DNA of 41,543 nt. It comes from a virus. Taxonomy: Duplodnaviria; Caudoviricetes. Where the stretch lies: positions 1 through 41,543 of the IMG/VR virus record IMGVR_UViG_3300042994_000012. One strand, written 5' to 3'. The position numbers and the translations under genes are program-made. Under the pieces are notes generated by a model. It saw only the letters and a program-made list of their open reading frames with translations. It ran no database searches and was not told the DNA's origin. The first letter of the stretch is position 1. The number at the start of each line of letters is the position of its first letter. Below, piece after piece: positions 1 through 9,216 of this stretch.

Positions 1-1488
1 CTACACCGTTCCTCCCTCTACACGCTTCTTGTGCAAGTACTCTAAAGCTATCGATTCATCCTCTTCGATGGCAATCTCTACCGCACGCTTAGCTGCTTCC
101 AGAAGTATTTGGGCTCGTTGCCGTGCTGTGTGCCCCGCGAGAATACATGCACGAATTTCCTTTTGCTTAGTGGGGTCAAGATTGGGAATGAAGATGGACT
201 TGAGTGATGGTTGGCTGATCTCTGGTTGCACACCGCCATTGCTGTGTTGTTGAATCTGCAACCTGCCCACAGACGATGACAAGAAAGCCGCCACGAAGTA
301 TGGGTCAAAACCTGGCTCATCGATACGCACTCGTATCAAATGTGAACTGATAACCGCTGCTGACCAATGTGGTTCAACCACACCTATAACGCCTAACGAG
401 CCTGAACGTGAGACCAGTACGTCACCAACACGCAGCCTCACCTTCTCTATTTCACGTGCTGCATTTTTTGGCGCAATATATTTCAGGCCTTCTACATTAA
501 TAGAAAAGTGCTGAATGTCTCCAACGCGAAGATATGGCACGCCTACATCTTCGTATTCACGAACTTCTACGCCGTTCACAGGAGTTGGGCAAAGATCACC
601 AAGTTGAACACTGCCTCCTTTATACGTCTGTAGATGTTCAATCAAAGATGCGTATTGCGGCTGGAAATGTTCAGCGTCGAGTCGCCCAACGCTAAACGCT
701 GCCTTAAATGTTTCTTGATAGGTCAATGGCTGGGGAGGCTGCCAATCGCGTAAATTCAACTCATTCAGCAACAGTGACTCTACAGACTGATACAGATTTT
801 GCGCCTTCTCTGTTTCCTTGAACGATTCTGTGAAGCAATCCTCAATGGCTTCCTGGCAGGGTTTACTCAATAAGGGAATTTTGACCTTCTCACCATCAGA
901 AAGAGAAAGATGCATCTGCACGTTTCCTTGAAACTGACGGTTCATCAAAATCAAGCCAAGATGTGAATTAAGAAAAGCTGAGATGTAGGCTGTTGACAGC
1001 TTCGCTTTCCACTGGGGCTTTAATTGAACTGCAATTGTATCTTGGCTTACATTACACTGTTCTAAATTGACAAACGCGGCTGCTGCATACGCGGTTTTAG
1101 AAAGAACTAAATCCCCATACCGAAGTGCCGTTTTGCTTTCTGCCTCATGAACCTGTTCAGAAATATAAGCGATTTGAGAATCATTAATGATCCCTGATTG
1201 CAAATTTGAGATCCTGACAAACGGTATACCTCTCGGGGTATACGTATTGGCCTTTATGTCGAAGATGCCTTTTTTAAAACAAGACGCGACTTCACCAAAA
1301 GTTGTGTGACCACACGGCAAACTTCTAATTTTTTGCTCAGTCTGCAACGCAACTCGTGAGAAGTATTGGCTATCAATCCGCATTTTCTCGTTCTCAAACC
1401 GAACTTCACTCATCTTCAATTCTGTTGCTTCCAGCCCCTCCAACAACGCCTCATATTTGGCTTTGTCGAAGGGGCGATTTAGAAAAAA
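1..1488 (-). CDS. hsdS: Restriction-modification specificity (HsdS-like) ORF with two TRDs; probably translated as a -1 frameshift fusion to the upstream RM protein (first in-frame ATG at 1413)
   Basis: Two TRD-like blocks (GIPFVRISNL...GDLVLSKT; GVPYLRVGDI...GDVLVSRSGSLG), RLDAEHF motif, C-terminal helix LLEAAKRAVEIAIEE; no convincing start or RBS of its own. Confidence 0.85.
   Translation of the reverse strand, partial: FFLNRPFDKAKYEALLEGLEATELKMSEVRFENEKMRIDSQYFSRVALQTEQKIRSLPCGHTTFGEVASCFKKGIFDIKANTYTPRGIPFVRISNLQSGIINDSQIAYISEQVHEAESKTALRYGDLVLSKTAYAAAAFVNLEQCNVSQDTIAVQLKPQWKAKLSTAYISAFLNSHLGLILMNRQFQGNVQMHLSLSDGEKVKIPLLSKPCQEAIEDCFTESFKETEKAQNLYQSVESLLLNELNLRDWQPPQPLTYQETFKAAFSVGRLDAEHFQPQYASLIEHLQTYKGGSVQLGDLCPTPVNGVEVREYEDVGVPYLRVGDIQHFSINVEGLKYIAPKNAAREIEKVRLRVGDVLVSRSGSLGVIGVVEPHWSAAVISSHLIRVRIDEPGFDPYFVAAFLSSSVGRLQIQQHSNGGVQPEISQPSLKSIFIPNLDPTKQKEIRACILAGHTARQRAQILLEAAKRAVEIAIEEDESIALEYLHKKRVEGGTV
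1434..1488 (-). other. Putative -1 programmed ribosomal frameshift signal
   Basis: Slippery heptamer U UUU UUC (1488-1482) just before the RM stop, 6-nt spacer, then a 13-bp stem GCCCCUUCGACAA/UUGUUGGAGGGGC; the -1 frame is the S ORF. Confidence 0.75.
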
Positions 1489-3653
1489 CTTAGACCTTCG
1501 CGAGCAGCGAACTCCTGAAAGGCTTCTGCGATGCCGTCCTGCGTTAGACCTTCGTGGTTGAATAAGTCGTGTTGCACCACCCAATGACCGTGTGTGTCCT
1601 GTAAAAAATGACCGTCTTTGCGTGCAATCAACTTTTCACCGCTGTTATCTTTGGCGGGAAGTTTCTGTGTGGAGAAGAAGATGGGGTAATCATCCACTCG
1701 CTTGCAAATTGGGCCGAGTGTTGGGTCATTATTCCACTTCTGCACAAAAAGAACAGAAGTCTTGGTGCCTGTATGTGGCTTGAAGGTGTTTGGTTCTAAA
1801 CCCACAACCGCTAAAATGCGACACCGATCAGCAATGAATTCTCGCAGACGTTTATCAGTCGAATTATTGAAGCGACCTTGAGGAAGCACAACCGCCATCC
1901 GTCCTCCGGGGCGCAGGAAATCGAGATTGCGCTCTATGAACAATAGGTCGCGCCCCACCTTACTCTCTGGCTTACCGTTAGACTTATGTGCCAAGTCGTA
2001 AGACGCCAACATGTCACTTTGCCTGATGTCGCCAGCAAACGGTGGATTTGCCATTAGAACATCAAATTTAAATTTCCTATAGTTGTTTTTGGTTGAGGCT
2101 AACCTTTTGAGCCTTTTCCAACCTTCAAAATACGTATCTTGCCATTCTTCACCTTTTACCCACTCATCCCACCGCCTAAAATCCAAGGTATTTAGATGTA
2201 ATACGTTGGTTTGCCCGTCGCCTGCGATAAGATTCAAGCAGCGCGCCACACGTACAGCTTTCTCATCAAAGTCAATGGCGAAGACTTTTTCCCGCACATA
2301 TTCATAGCAACGTGGAGGCTTTTTTTCCATTGTGAAGAGATGCGATGCTTGCACACCCTCACTCTTCATGATGTCGTGCCACACCTTAAAAATGCTATGA
2401 ACAGTGAAACCTGCAGAGCCGCAGGCAGTGTCAATGAGCGTTTCATGCTCCTGTGGATTGAGCATCTTCACACACATATCTATGACCCAACGCGGTGTGA
2501 AGTACTGCCCCTTTTCACCCTTACTTGTTTGGTTAATCAGGTATTCAAATGCTTCGTCAATCACATCGAGATTAGAATTGAATAATTTGTATTCTTCGAG
2601 ATAAGAAACACATATAACGAGATGTGATCCTGTCAACTTGATGCGATCATCGGCAGGGAAGACTCCTTCCCACTCACGGCGGGCGTGGTCGAACAGGTCA
2701 TTGATCTTGACTCGCACATCGCTCTCGGTATTAGTGTTGCGAAAGCGCAGATGCTTGTGCTTGCCTCGGTAGACTGAAATTTCATCAAATAACTTCGTAA
2801 ATATCAACTTGAAAACTTCTTCAAAAACATCTACTCCTGAATTGGCAAGTACTTCATTTTCCATTTCGAGGATGATGTCTTTGAGCGGTTTATCCCGTTC
2901 ACGCAAACGAGCCTTTTTTTCAAGCGTTTCCAGTGTCCAAGGTTGATTGACTACATCCTCGATTGTTTCTGTTGCCCCGGGAAGCGCAGGTAACTCAGAA
3001 AAATAATTGGGATCGCGACGATGATAAATGGACACCTGTCCGCCATTGCTCCACACCCCTATTGGCGCACCTGTTCCATGACAATATGACTTAAGTTGAT
3101 CCTTGCCATCTTTGAGCTTGATAGCTTTGACTTCGATGATTATGTAGGGCGCGGTTGTGCGATCAGCATCCAGAACCACGATATCCGCGCGTTTTGAACT
3201 ATCTCGGCCAAAGGTGATTGGGTATTCAATGGAGATTCTATTTTTGGGATAGCTGTAGTGATAGAGTAAGCGATGAAGCCACAACTGGCGCACGATTTCT
3301 TCGGGTTTGGCGAGTCGTTCCTTATCCGTCACGAAACATTTAACAAGCAAACGATTGCTCTTCCGCACGAGTGCATTTTCTATGGATTGTATTTCCTCTT
3401 GGCTAAAAAGTTCGAGGCTGTGACGACCGCCACTTTTGCCGAAGACATCGGCCAAGGTCGGCGCGCCAGCTTCACGCGCCGCCTGTTGTGATTGGATTTG
3501 CGCTTCTAAGAGTGGCGCCACTGTGGTTGAAACTGCGCTGCCTGTTGTGGCAGGCACATCGAATCCATTACCTTCTTCTATCACCGCGTCGGTTTGAGAT
3601 AGCAAACTGTTGTTCATATTATGGTTCATTGTTGGGCCATGACAGCCCGGCAT
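1479..3653 (-). CDS. Fused restriction endonuclease (HsdR_N-like PD-(D/E)xK) / N6-adenine DNA methyltransferase (type IIB/IIG-like RM); start uncertain
   Basis: PEEIVRQ...RADIVV...IIIEVK nuclease motif, GQYFTPR, DTACGSAGF (motif I), NPPF (motif IV). Confidence 0.9.
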   Translation of the reverse strand: MPGCHGPTMNHNMNNSLLSQTDAVIEEGNGFDVPATTGSAVSTTVAPLLEAQIQSQQAAREAGAPTLADVFGKSGGRHSLELFSQEEIQSIENALVRKSNRLLVKCFVTDKERLAKPEEIVRQLWLHRLLYHYSYPKNRISIEYPITFGRDSSKRADIVVLDADRTTAPYIIIEVKAIKLKDGKDQLKSYCHGTGAPIGVWSNGGQVSIYHRRDPNYFSELPALPGATETIEDVVNQPWTLETLEKKARLRERDKPLKDIILEMENEVLANSGVDVFEEVFKLIFTKLFDEISVYRGKHKHLRFRNTNTESDVRVKINDLFDHARREWEGVFPADDRIKLTGSHLVICVSYLEEYKLFNSNLDVIDEAFEYLINQTSKGEKGQYFTPRWVIDMCVKMLNPQEHETLIDTACGSAGFTVHSIFKVWHDIMKSEGVQASHLFTMEKKPPRCYEYVREKVFAIDFDEKAVRVARCLNLIAGDGQTNVLHLNTLDFRRWDEWVKGEEWQDTYFEGWKRLKRLASTKNNYRKFKFDVLMANPPFAGDIRQSDMLASYDLAHKSNGKPESKVGRDLLFIERNLDFLRPGGRMAVVLPQGRFNNSTDKRLREFIADRCRILAVVGLEPNTFKPHTGTKTSVLFVQKWNNDPTLGPICKRVDDYPIFFSTQKLPAKDNSGEKLIARKDGHFLQDTHGHWVVQHDLFNHEGLTQDGIAEAFQEFAAREGLSFF

Positions 3654-3700
3654 GTTCTAATGGAGGATAAGTGTGTCTTGGTGAGATCAACCTGATACCT

Positions 3701-3737
3701 AACAGCCCCGCTGTGAATAATCAGGCGGGGCTGTTTT
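3701..3737. terminator. Intrinsic terminator-like hairpin
   Basis: AACAGCCCCGC...GCGGGGCTGTT followed by T residues, intergenic. Confidence 0.6.
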
Positions 3738-3757
3738 GCTGTTGGATTAAGATATTC

Positions 3758-3988
3758 TCATACCAACGGCAAGCCTTTATCCTGTCGATACCGAATCGCG
3801 CGTCCTCGTGGACAATATGACTTGTGATCTAATCCCTCACCACCACAAGTACATTCCAGTGTTTCAAGCGGCTTCAGTGGTCGTCCACCCAATTTGCCAG
3901 CCTCGCGCGCCGCCGCCGCTTTGCGTTCTGACGTGCGGCTGCCTAATATACGCATGACCTCAGATATCTTCTGCGCTTCATCACTCAT
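3758..3988 (-). CDS. Small basic protein, possible DNA-binding regulator (GGRP motif, Cys/His cluster)
   Basis: SERKAAAAREAGKLGGRP and CTC...HKSYC; divergent from the promoter at 4023-4051. Confidence 0.6.
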   Translation of the reverse strand: MSDEAQKISEVMRILGSRTSERKAAAAREAGKLGGRPLKPLETLECTCGGEGLDHKSYCPRGRAIRYRQDKGLPLV

Positions 3989-4000
3989 ATTAAGTAATTA

Positions 4001-4051
4001 TAACCGAACCGTTAGATTTTACTTGAAAAAACCCAACGGAACGATTATAAT
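4001..4051 (+). promoter_or_regulatory. Sigma70-type promoter overlapped by imperfect inverted operator-like repeats
   Basis: TTGAAA(4023)-17 bp-TATAAT(4046); TAACCGAACCGTT (4001) versus AACGGAACGATTA (4035), 10/13 inverted match. Confidence 0.65.
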
Positions 4052-4155
4052 ATATATCGCAAGACGAAAACGCCCCCAGTTGTTAGAGCAACCGGAGGCG
4101 GCCACGGAGAGTGGCAGTGAGTAGTCTTGCAACTCAAACCACGGAGAACAAGGCC

Positions 4156-4431
4156 ATGATTCACATCGAAGCCGAACCCCACTTCACCGGCACCGTTCAG
4201 CACCTGGAAACCAACGAGGGTGAGTTTGCCAACGCGTTCTATGAAATCGCACTGGCTGGCGGCTATGAAGTCGAAGCCGGTATCCACCACAACGGTGTCC
4301 ACTTCATTGATCTTTACGGTGAAGATGCCGACATTGATTGTCTCGTGCCCCAAGCGCAAGACCTCGCGTTCAATCGAATGCACAAGCGCACATCTAAGGT
4401 GTATCGCAACCAAAATACTTTAGTGGCCTAA
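4156..4431 (+). CDS. Hypothetical phage protein
   Basis: GGAG RBS before ATG 4156; first gene after the promoter. Confidence 0.6.
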   Translation: MIHIEAEPHFTGTVQHLETNEGEFANAFYEIALAGGYEVEAGIHHNGVHFIDLYGEDADIDCLVPQAQDLAFNRMHKRTSKVYRNQNTLVA

Positions 4432-4440
4432 GGAGGCACC

Positions 4441-4689
4441 ATGCAAACAGTCTCCTTAGCCGTCCCCTCTCGTTCTTCTTGTTCTGTGTTGCGCCGCCGC
4501 GTGTTGGAAACCCAACACGCGCGCCGTGCCCTCAGGCTCTTCAACGTTGCCACTCTTAATAACTTGGATTGCCGCATCGAAGCCGGGACGCGCCGCCGCT
4601 TTCGTGTGGAGTGCTGGTGTACTCGTGCCCAGTGGCGCGGTGTTCAAGTGCTGGCAAAGCGAGATTTCAAGAGCGGGGCACAGTTATGA
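4441..4689 (+). CDS. Hypothetical phage protein
   Basis: AAGGAGG RBS; ATGA overlap with the next gene. Confidence 0.6.
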   Translation: MQTVSLAVPSRSSCSVLRRRVLETQHARRALRLFNVATLNNLDCRIEAGTRRRFRVECWCTRAQWRGVQVLAKRDFKSGAQL

Positions 4690-4931
4690 GCCGCCGACAC
4701 GACGATGGAAAGCCTCACCTCTATCTGGTGCCACTTGACCCTGAACTCCAACGTCGCCAGTTAGAGTATGAAGCCGAAGTTCAGTTGGAGAGGGGTATCA
4801 TAGGCGCCACTGGTTGCGCGGAAAAAGCGGCAGAGGCAGCGCCTTACATTGGAAGAATTGATTTTCCTATTGCCTTCTGGTTGAAACGGCTCAAGAAGGC
4901 AATCAGAGCACTTGAAAAGGCTCTTAAATAA
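4686..4931 (+). CDS. Hypothetical phage protein
   Basis: ATGA translational coupling to the upstream gene. Confidence 0.55.
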   Translation: MSRRHDDGKPHLYLVPLDPELQRRQLEYEAEVQLERGIIGATGCAEKAAEAAPYIGRIDFPIAFWLKRLKKAIRALEKALK

Positions 4932-4991
4932 AGTACTTTGACCGGGCGCGGCGATAACTTCAAAGCGCCTGAAAGGAACAAACCCACCACT

Positions 4992-5651
4992 ATGAATCCT
5001 GCAAATAAATCGCGCATAAAAGAAAGGTTGACAGGCTCATGGCACCGTTGCTGTGTCTATGCAATCGCCAACAAGGAAAACGGAAAAGTTTATGTGGGAA
5101 GTACTGTAAACCTCGCAAAGCGATGGAGTGAGCATTGGAATGCACTGGAGCGTGGAAATCACCATTCAGTTCATCTGCAACGGGCATGGAACAAATCCGG
5201 TGCAGAGGCATTTGAACTGCGAGTTTTGGAAGATTGCGCTCCTGATACCGTGGTTGATAGAGAACAGTACTGGTGTGATTCGCTTCGTTCATGGGATCAT
5301 GCTTGTGGCTATAATATCCGCCTCCTCGCAGCCACAAGCAAGGGAATAAAGCTCAGTGCTGAAACACGTGCCAAAATGAGTGCCGCTCACAAAGGTCGCA
5401 AGCAAACGCCGGAACACGCAGCCCGTCAATGCGCCGCTCGCAGAGGTAAGAAACATGACTTGAGCAAGCGCATTGAGATGGGAGCAGTAAACAGACGAAT
5501 ATCGCCTGAAACCGCGAGAGAAGTAAAACGCCTGTTGCAACACGCAGACCTTACGCAAAGCCAGATCGCATCGCAATGTGGCGTGACAGACCGATTCGTC
5601 TCCAAAGTTAAATTTGGACAGATTCTTTGGGTTAAGCATCTCGACACCTAA
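4992..5651 (+). CDS. GIY-YIG homing endonuclease with NUMOD3 repeat and C-terminal HTH
   Basis: VYAI...KVYVGST..LAKRW.EH, REQYW, GYN; KLSAETRAKMSAAHKG; TQSQIASQCGVT. Confidence 0.88.
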   Translation: MNPANKSRIKERLTGSWHRCCVYAIANKENGKVYVGSTVNLAKRWSEHWNALERGNHHSVHLQRAWNKSGAEAFELRVLEDCAPDTVVDREQYWCDSLRSWDHACGYNIRLLAATSKGIKLSAETRAKMSAAHKGRKQTPEHAARQCAARRGKKHDLSKRIEMGAVNRRISPETAREVKRLLQHADLTQSQIASQCGVTDRFVSKVKFGQILWVKHLDT

Positions 5652-5670
5652 GTCGATCTTAATGCTGATA

Positions 5671-5710
5671 AAGCGGAAGTACTTTGGAAGTACTTCCGCT
5701 TCTTTCGTTT
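5671..5710 (+). terminator. Intrinsic terminator made of two AAGTACTT units
   Basis: 14-bp stem AAGCGGAAGTACTT/AAGTACTTCCGCTT, 3-nt loop, T-rich tail. Confidence 0.75.
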
Positions 5711-5714
5711 TATA

Positions 5715-5779
5715 ACTTTCCTATTTTAGTTCGTTTTCTCAACTACCAGGTACTCACACCGTAAACCCAGAGGGTGAGT
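5715..5779 (+). promoter_or_regulatory. Putative late promoter, copy 1 (terL)
   Basis: ACTTTCCTATTTTAGTTCG at 5715, TAAACC at 5762, GTG at 5774. Confidence 0.65.
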
Positions 5780-6976
5780 GAAATCCAATTAGTCCTACCC
5801 CGCCTTTATCCTGCACAACGGAAAGTCTTGAACGAAGCGCGTAGGTTCAATGTCGTCAACTGTGGGCGGCGATGGGGAAAGACAACTTTAGGCCACCACG
5901 TCTTGATTCCGCCAGCATTGAACGGATTTCCGGTGGCGTGGGCAAGTCCCACTTATCGCATGCTAAAAGAAGTGTGGCTGGAAACCAAACGCGTGCTGGC
6001 GCCTGTCACCGTCTCCAGCAATGCGTCCGATCATCGCATCGAGCTGTTGACCGGCGGCGTGCTTGAGATGTGGAGCCTGGAGAACTTCGATTCGATTCGA
6101 GGCCGCAAGTATAAGCGCTGGGTTATCGACGAAGCCGCCATGGTGGCCGATCTGGAAGAAGCCTGGCAGGCGGTTATCCGCCCGACGCTGACCGACTATA
6201 AAGGCGATGCGTTTGTGCTCTCGACACCCAAGGGCATGAACTTCTTTCACCAGGGCTTTCAGCGTGGCCTGGACCCGCTGCAGCCCGATTGGGCATCGTG
6301 GCAGATGCCCACGCTTTCCAATCCGTTTATTGATCCCGATGAAGTGGAGTCCGCGCGCCTGGAGCTGCCCGAGCGCGTGTTCCAGCAAGAATATCTGGCC
6401 GTCTTCCTGGAAGATGCGGGCGGCGTGTTTCGTCGGGTAAAAGATGCGGTGGATAATGGCCGCAGCGAAAACGAGGAGCCGGAACCCGAAACCAGTTATG
6501 TTTGCGGTGTCGACCTGGCGCGCACTCAGGACTTTACGGTGATCAATGTGGTGGATGCGTCAGGACGCCAGGTGTATCACGAGCGGTTTAACCAGATCTC
6601 GTGGCCCCGCCAGATTGCGGCTATCGAGAAGGTGGCCACCACTTACAACGCACCTGTCGTGGTGGACTCGACCGGCAAGGGTGAGCCGATTTATGAAGCG
6701 CTGTCAGCCACGGAACTGACAGTCATCCCGTTTGTGTTCTCCAACGCTACCAAGAACAAGGTGATCGATAACCTGGCGATGAAGATCGAACGCGGCGAAG
6801 CGCGCCTGATGGATATTGCCGTGCAGACCAATGAGCTGCTGGCCTATCAGTATGATGTCACGAAAAACGGCACGGTGCGCACTAATGCCCCGGCGGGGAT
6901 GCACGACGATTGCGTTATGGCGCTGTCGTTAGCTTTTCATGGCATTGCGAATCAGCGTATTTGGGAATGGGATTAG
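5774..6976 (+). CDS. terL: Terminase large subunit
   Basis: Walker A GRRWGKT, Walker B WVIDEAA, STPKG, RNase H-like GVDLAR..DFT and HDDCVMAL. Confidence 0.95.
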   Translation: MSEIQLVLPRLYPAQRKVLNEARRFNVVNCGRRWGKTTLGHHVLIPPALNGFPVAWASPTYRMLKEVWLETKRVLAPVTVSSNASDHRIELLTGGVLEMWSLENFDSIRGRKYKRWVIDEAAMVADLEEAWQAVIRPTLTDYKGDAFVLSTPKGMNFFHQGFQRGLDPLQPDWASWQMPTLSNPFIDPDEVESARLELPERVFQQEYLAVFLEDAGGVFRRVKDAVDNGRSENEEPEPETSYVCGVDLARTQDFTVINVVDASGRQVYHERFNQISWPRQIAAIEKVATTYNAPVVVDSTGKGEPIYEALSATELTVIPFVFSNATKNKVIDNLAMKIERGEARLMDIAVQTNELLAYQYDVTKNGTVRTNAPAGMHDDCVMALSLAFHGIANQRIWEWD

Positions 6977-7022
6977 AAAGCGAACGGCTTTATTTTGCAG
7001 GTCGTCTGTGAACCAATCGCCC

Positions 7023-7538
7023 TTATGAAATCGGCAATTGCAGGAAATCGCGCAGTATTCTGGCATATTGCGTAGCAAGGTCTCGGTTGCTTGTAGTGAT
7101 GTAAGTACCTTGCTCTTCTCCGTTATGCAACAGAAAGTCTACGTTGTAGTGTGGTCTTTTAACATTGCTATCGGGGTCGGATACACCTTCGACTCTCGTG
7201 ACAACAACACGAGAAATATCGCTCACGCGACCAATTCGCTTGTAGCCATTTGAGAACAAGTTTGTCCGCCTGTCAAGCAGATAAGGATTTCGGTAGCTGC
7301 GCAGATGGTGGAACAATCCATACAGACATATCCCAAAACATACCATTGCAACAGCGCACCAGAGATAGCTCCAGCCTCCCGATGATTCCGTATAAACCTT
7401 GCGTGCCCAGAGAATGCAGGTGAGCGAGAGAAAAGCAAAGATGAGCGCGCCCGGAATGAGTCCGGTAGCAGTCAAGCGATAACGCAGCGCGTGTGGCTCC
7501 TCAATAAACTCCCATGAACCAATGCGTGTGGTTTTCAT
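7023..7538 (-). CDS. Membrane protein with two TM helices (moron)
   Basis: Two hydrophobic segments; antisense insertion between terL and portal. Confidence 0.65.
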   Translation of the reverse strand: MKTTRIGSWEFIEEPHALRYRLTATGLIPGALIFAFLSLTCILWARKVYTESSGGWSYLWCAVAMVCFGICLYGLFHHLRSYRNPYLLDRRTNLFSNGYKRIGRVSDISRVVVTRVEGVSDPDSNVKRPHYNVDFLLHNGEEQGTYITTSNRDLATQYARILRDFLQLPIS

Positions 7539-7641
7539 TACAGAGGCCTCTACACTTTTACGGCGCCGCACAAAAGCTGCAAAGCTCAGCTCAAGGGTCT
7601 CTATAGTGAATTAAAAGACCCTGGTTTTGCTTTACATGGAA

Positions 7642-7854
7642 TCAACCCACCTTGCGGTAAGGATAAACGTCTTTGATGTGCTTATCGAAGTATCTTCCTA
7701 TGGATCTGGACGCCATCAGCGAGTGATAGGTCATCGTAGGCACATTCGAATATTGATAAGTGCCACCATTCTCGAATTTGACTTCAAGGTGGTGGTTTTG
7801 CATATCAAAGCCGACGCTGGCGATGTTGGATGGGCTAGCAGATGTTTGTTTCAC
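7642..7854 (-). CDS. KTSC domain protein
   Basis: SNIASVGFD...LEVKFENGGTYQYSNVP...LMASRSIGRYF pattern. Confidence 0.9.
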   Translation of the reverse strand: MKQTSASPSNIASVGFDMQNHHLEVKFENGGTYQYSNVPTMTYHSLMASRSIGRYFDKHIKDVYPYRKVG

Positions 7855-7867
7855 AATACCTCCACTT

Positions 7868-7930
7868 ACTTTCCTATTTTAGTTCGTTTTTCCAACTTAC
7901 GCGTACCCCTGCATTAAACCGCAGGGTATG
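7868..7930 (+). promoter_or_regulatory. Putative late promoter, copy 2 (portal)
   Basis: First 23 bp identical to copy 1; TAAACC at 7915, ATG at 7928. Confidence 0.65.
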
Positions 7931-9214
7931 AAATTCTTGCAGCAAATCGGGCGCTTGCTTAAACAGCCCGTCCATTCCGGCTTTGGTGGTCGCGGCGGCT
8001 GGGGCTGGCTGTCCGGTTTTCCCAGTGGTGGCGCCTTCGATTACAAACGCGAAGCCGGGCCGCTGTGGGAGTCCAGCATCCCGCTCATGTGCCTGAAGTG
8101 GGAGCAGCGCGCCACTGTCGAAGCCGAGCTTTGCATTCAGCGCCGCGACGAAAACAACAACTGGAAAGTCGAAACCGATCATCCGGTTCTCGACCTCATC
8201 AGCAATCCCAACGACTTCTTTGACATGCACCAGCTCCTGGACGCGGTGCGTTTTGATTATCACCTGTCAGGCAACGCTTACCTCTACAAAGCACGCTCCG
8301 GCTCGGGCAAAGTCGTGCAGCTCTGGTGGTTGCCCAGTTGGATGGTGGAGCCACGTTGGGAAGAAGATGGTACCTCTTTCATCGACTGCTACGAATACAT
8401 GGTGAATGGCGTCAATTACGCGATTCCCGTGGCGGACATCATCCACTTCAAAAACGGCATCGATCCGCGTTCGCATGGCCGCAAGGGGTTGAGCGACTTC
8501 GCTGCAACTCTGCGCGAAGTCTGCACCGATAACGAAGCCGCTATATTCACCGCGTCGTTGCTGAGAAACATGGGCATCCCGGGTGTCATCATCAGCCCCA
8601 AAGGCACCGCGTCCGAGGTCAAGCCGCTGCAGAAACACCAGCGCATGGAGATCAAGGAAATCTGGCAGCGCTTCACCGGCGAAGGACGCGGCGAGCCGTG
8701 GGTGCAAAGCATCCCGGTCGAAGTCAACATGCCGGGCTTCAGTCCCCAGCAGCTCCTGATCGACAAAGTGCGCCAGATTCCCGAACAGCGTTTGTGTGGC
8801 TCATTTGGCATTCCCGCGAGCGTCTTGCAGCTGGGCACCGGTCTGGAGAATTCCAACACACGCGCCGGCAAAGGCGATGACCGCGAACAGGCTTATGAAT
8901 CCTGTGTGATTCCGACATTGATGGTGTTGGCTCGCACCCTGACACGTGCATTGATGAGCGAGTTCGACAGCATCAAGGCCGTGCGCTTCTGGTTTGACCT
9001 TTCCAACATCAAGTGTTTGATGGAAGACACCAACGAGCTGCTCAAAACACTCGTGACGGCTTGCGGCGGACCATTTCTCACGCCTAACGAAGCACGCACC
9101 AAAGCCAACTACAAAGAGCTTCCCGGTGGCGATGAGCTGCGCACGGGTAAAACGGCGGACAATAACACCGACGAAAAACCCGACGACAAGACAGAAGAGA
9201 GAGAGGCCGCTTAA
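7928..9214 (+). CDS. Phage portal protein (HK97 family)
   Basis: HPVLDLISNPN, LSGNAY, DIIHFK, FLTPNEAR motifs; position after terL. Confidence 0.92.
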   Translation: MKFLQQIGRLLKQPVHSGFGGRGGWGWLSGFPSGGAFDYKREAGPLWESSIPLMCLKWEQRATVEAELCIQRRDENNNWKVETDHPVLDLISNPNDFFDMHQLLDAVRFDYHLSGNAYLYKARSGSGKVVQLWWLPSWMVEPRWEEDGTSFIDCYEYMVNGVNYAIPVADIIHFKNGIDPRSHGRKGLSDFAATLREVCTDNEAAIFTASLLRNMGIPGVIISPKGTASEVKPLQKHQRMEIKEIWQRFTGEGRGEPWVQSIPVEVNMPGFSPQQLLIDKVRQIPEQRLCGSFGIPASVLQLGTGLENSNTRAGKGDDREQAYESCVIPTLMVLARTLTRALMSEFDSIKAVRFWFDLSNIKCLMEDTNELLKTLVTACGGPFLTPNEARTKANYKELPGGDELRTGKTADNNTDEKPDDKTEEREAA

Positions 9215-9216
9215 CC

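Noticed and set aside
1489-1584. N-terminal extension of the S ORF from TTG 1584
   Set aside because: Overlaps the RM gene, has no RBS and an Arg-rich nonsense-like sequence; the frameshift explains the junction better
1-3653. RM system as the cause of the AAAGTACTTT enrichment
   Set aside because: Two-TRD enzymes recognise bipartite, usually asymmetric sites, and restriction would deplete rather than enrich sites; no link is visible
4938-5773. Group I intron around the GIY-YIG gene
   Set aside because: No interrupted exons or intron core elements seen; the gene has its own RBS and terminator
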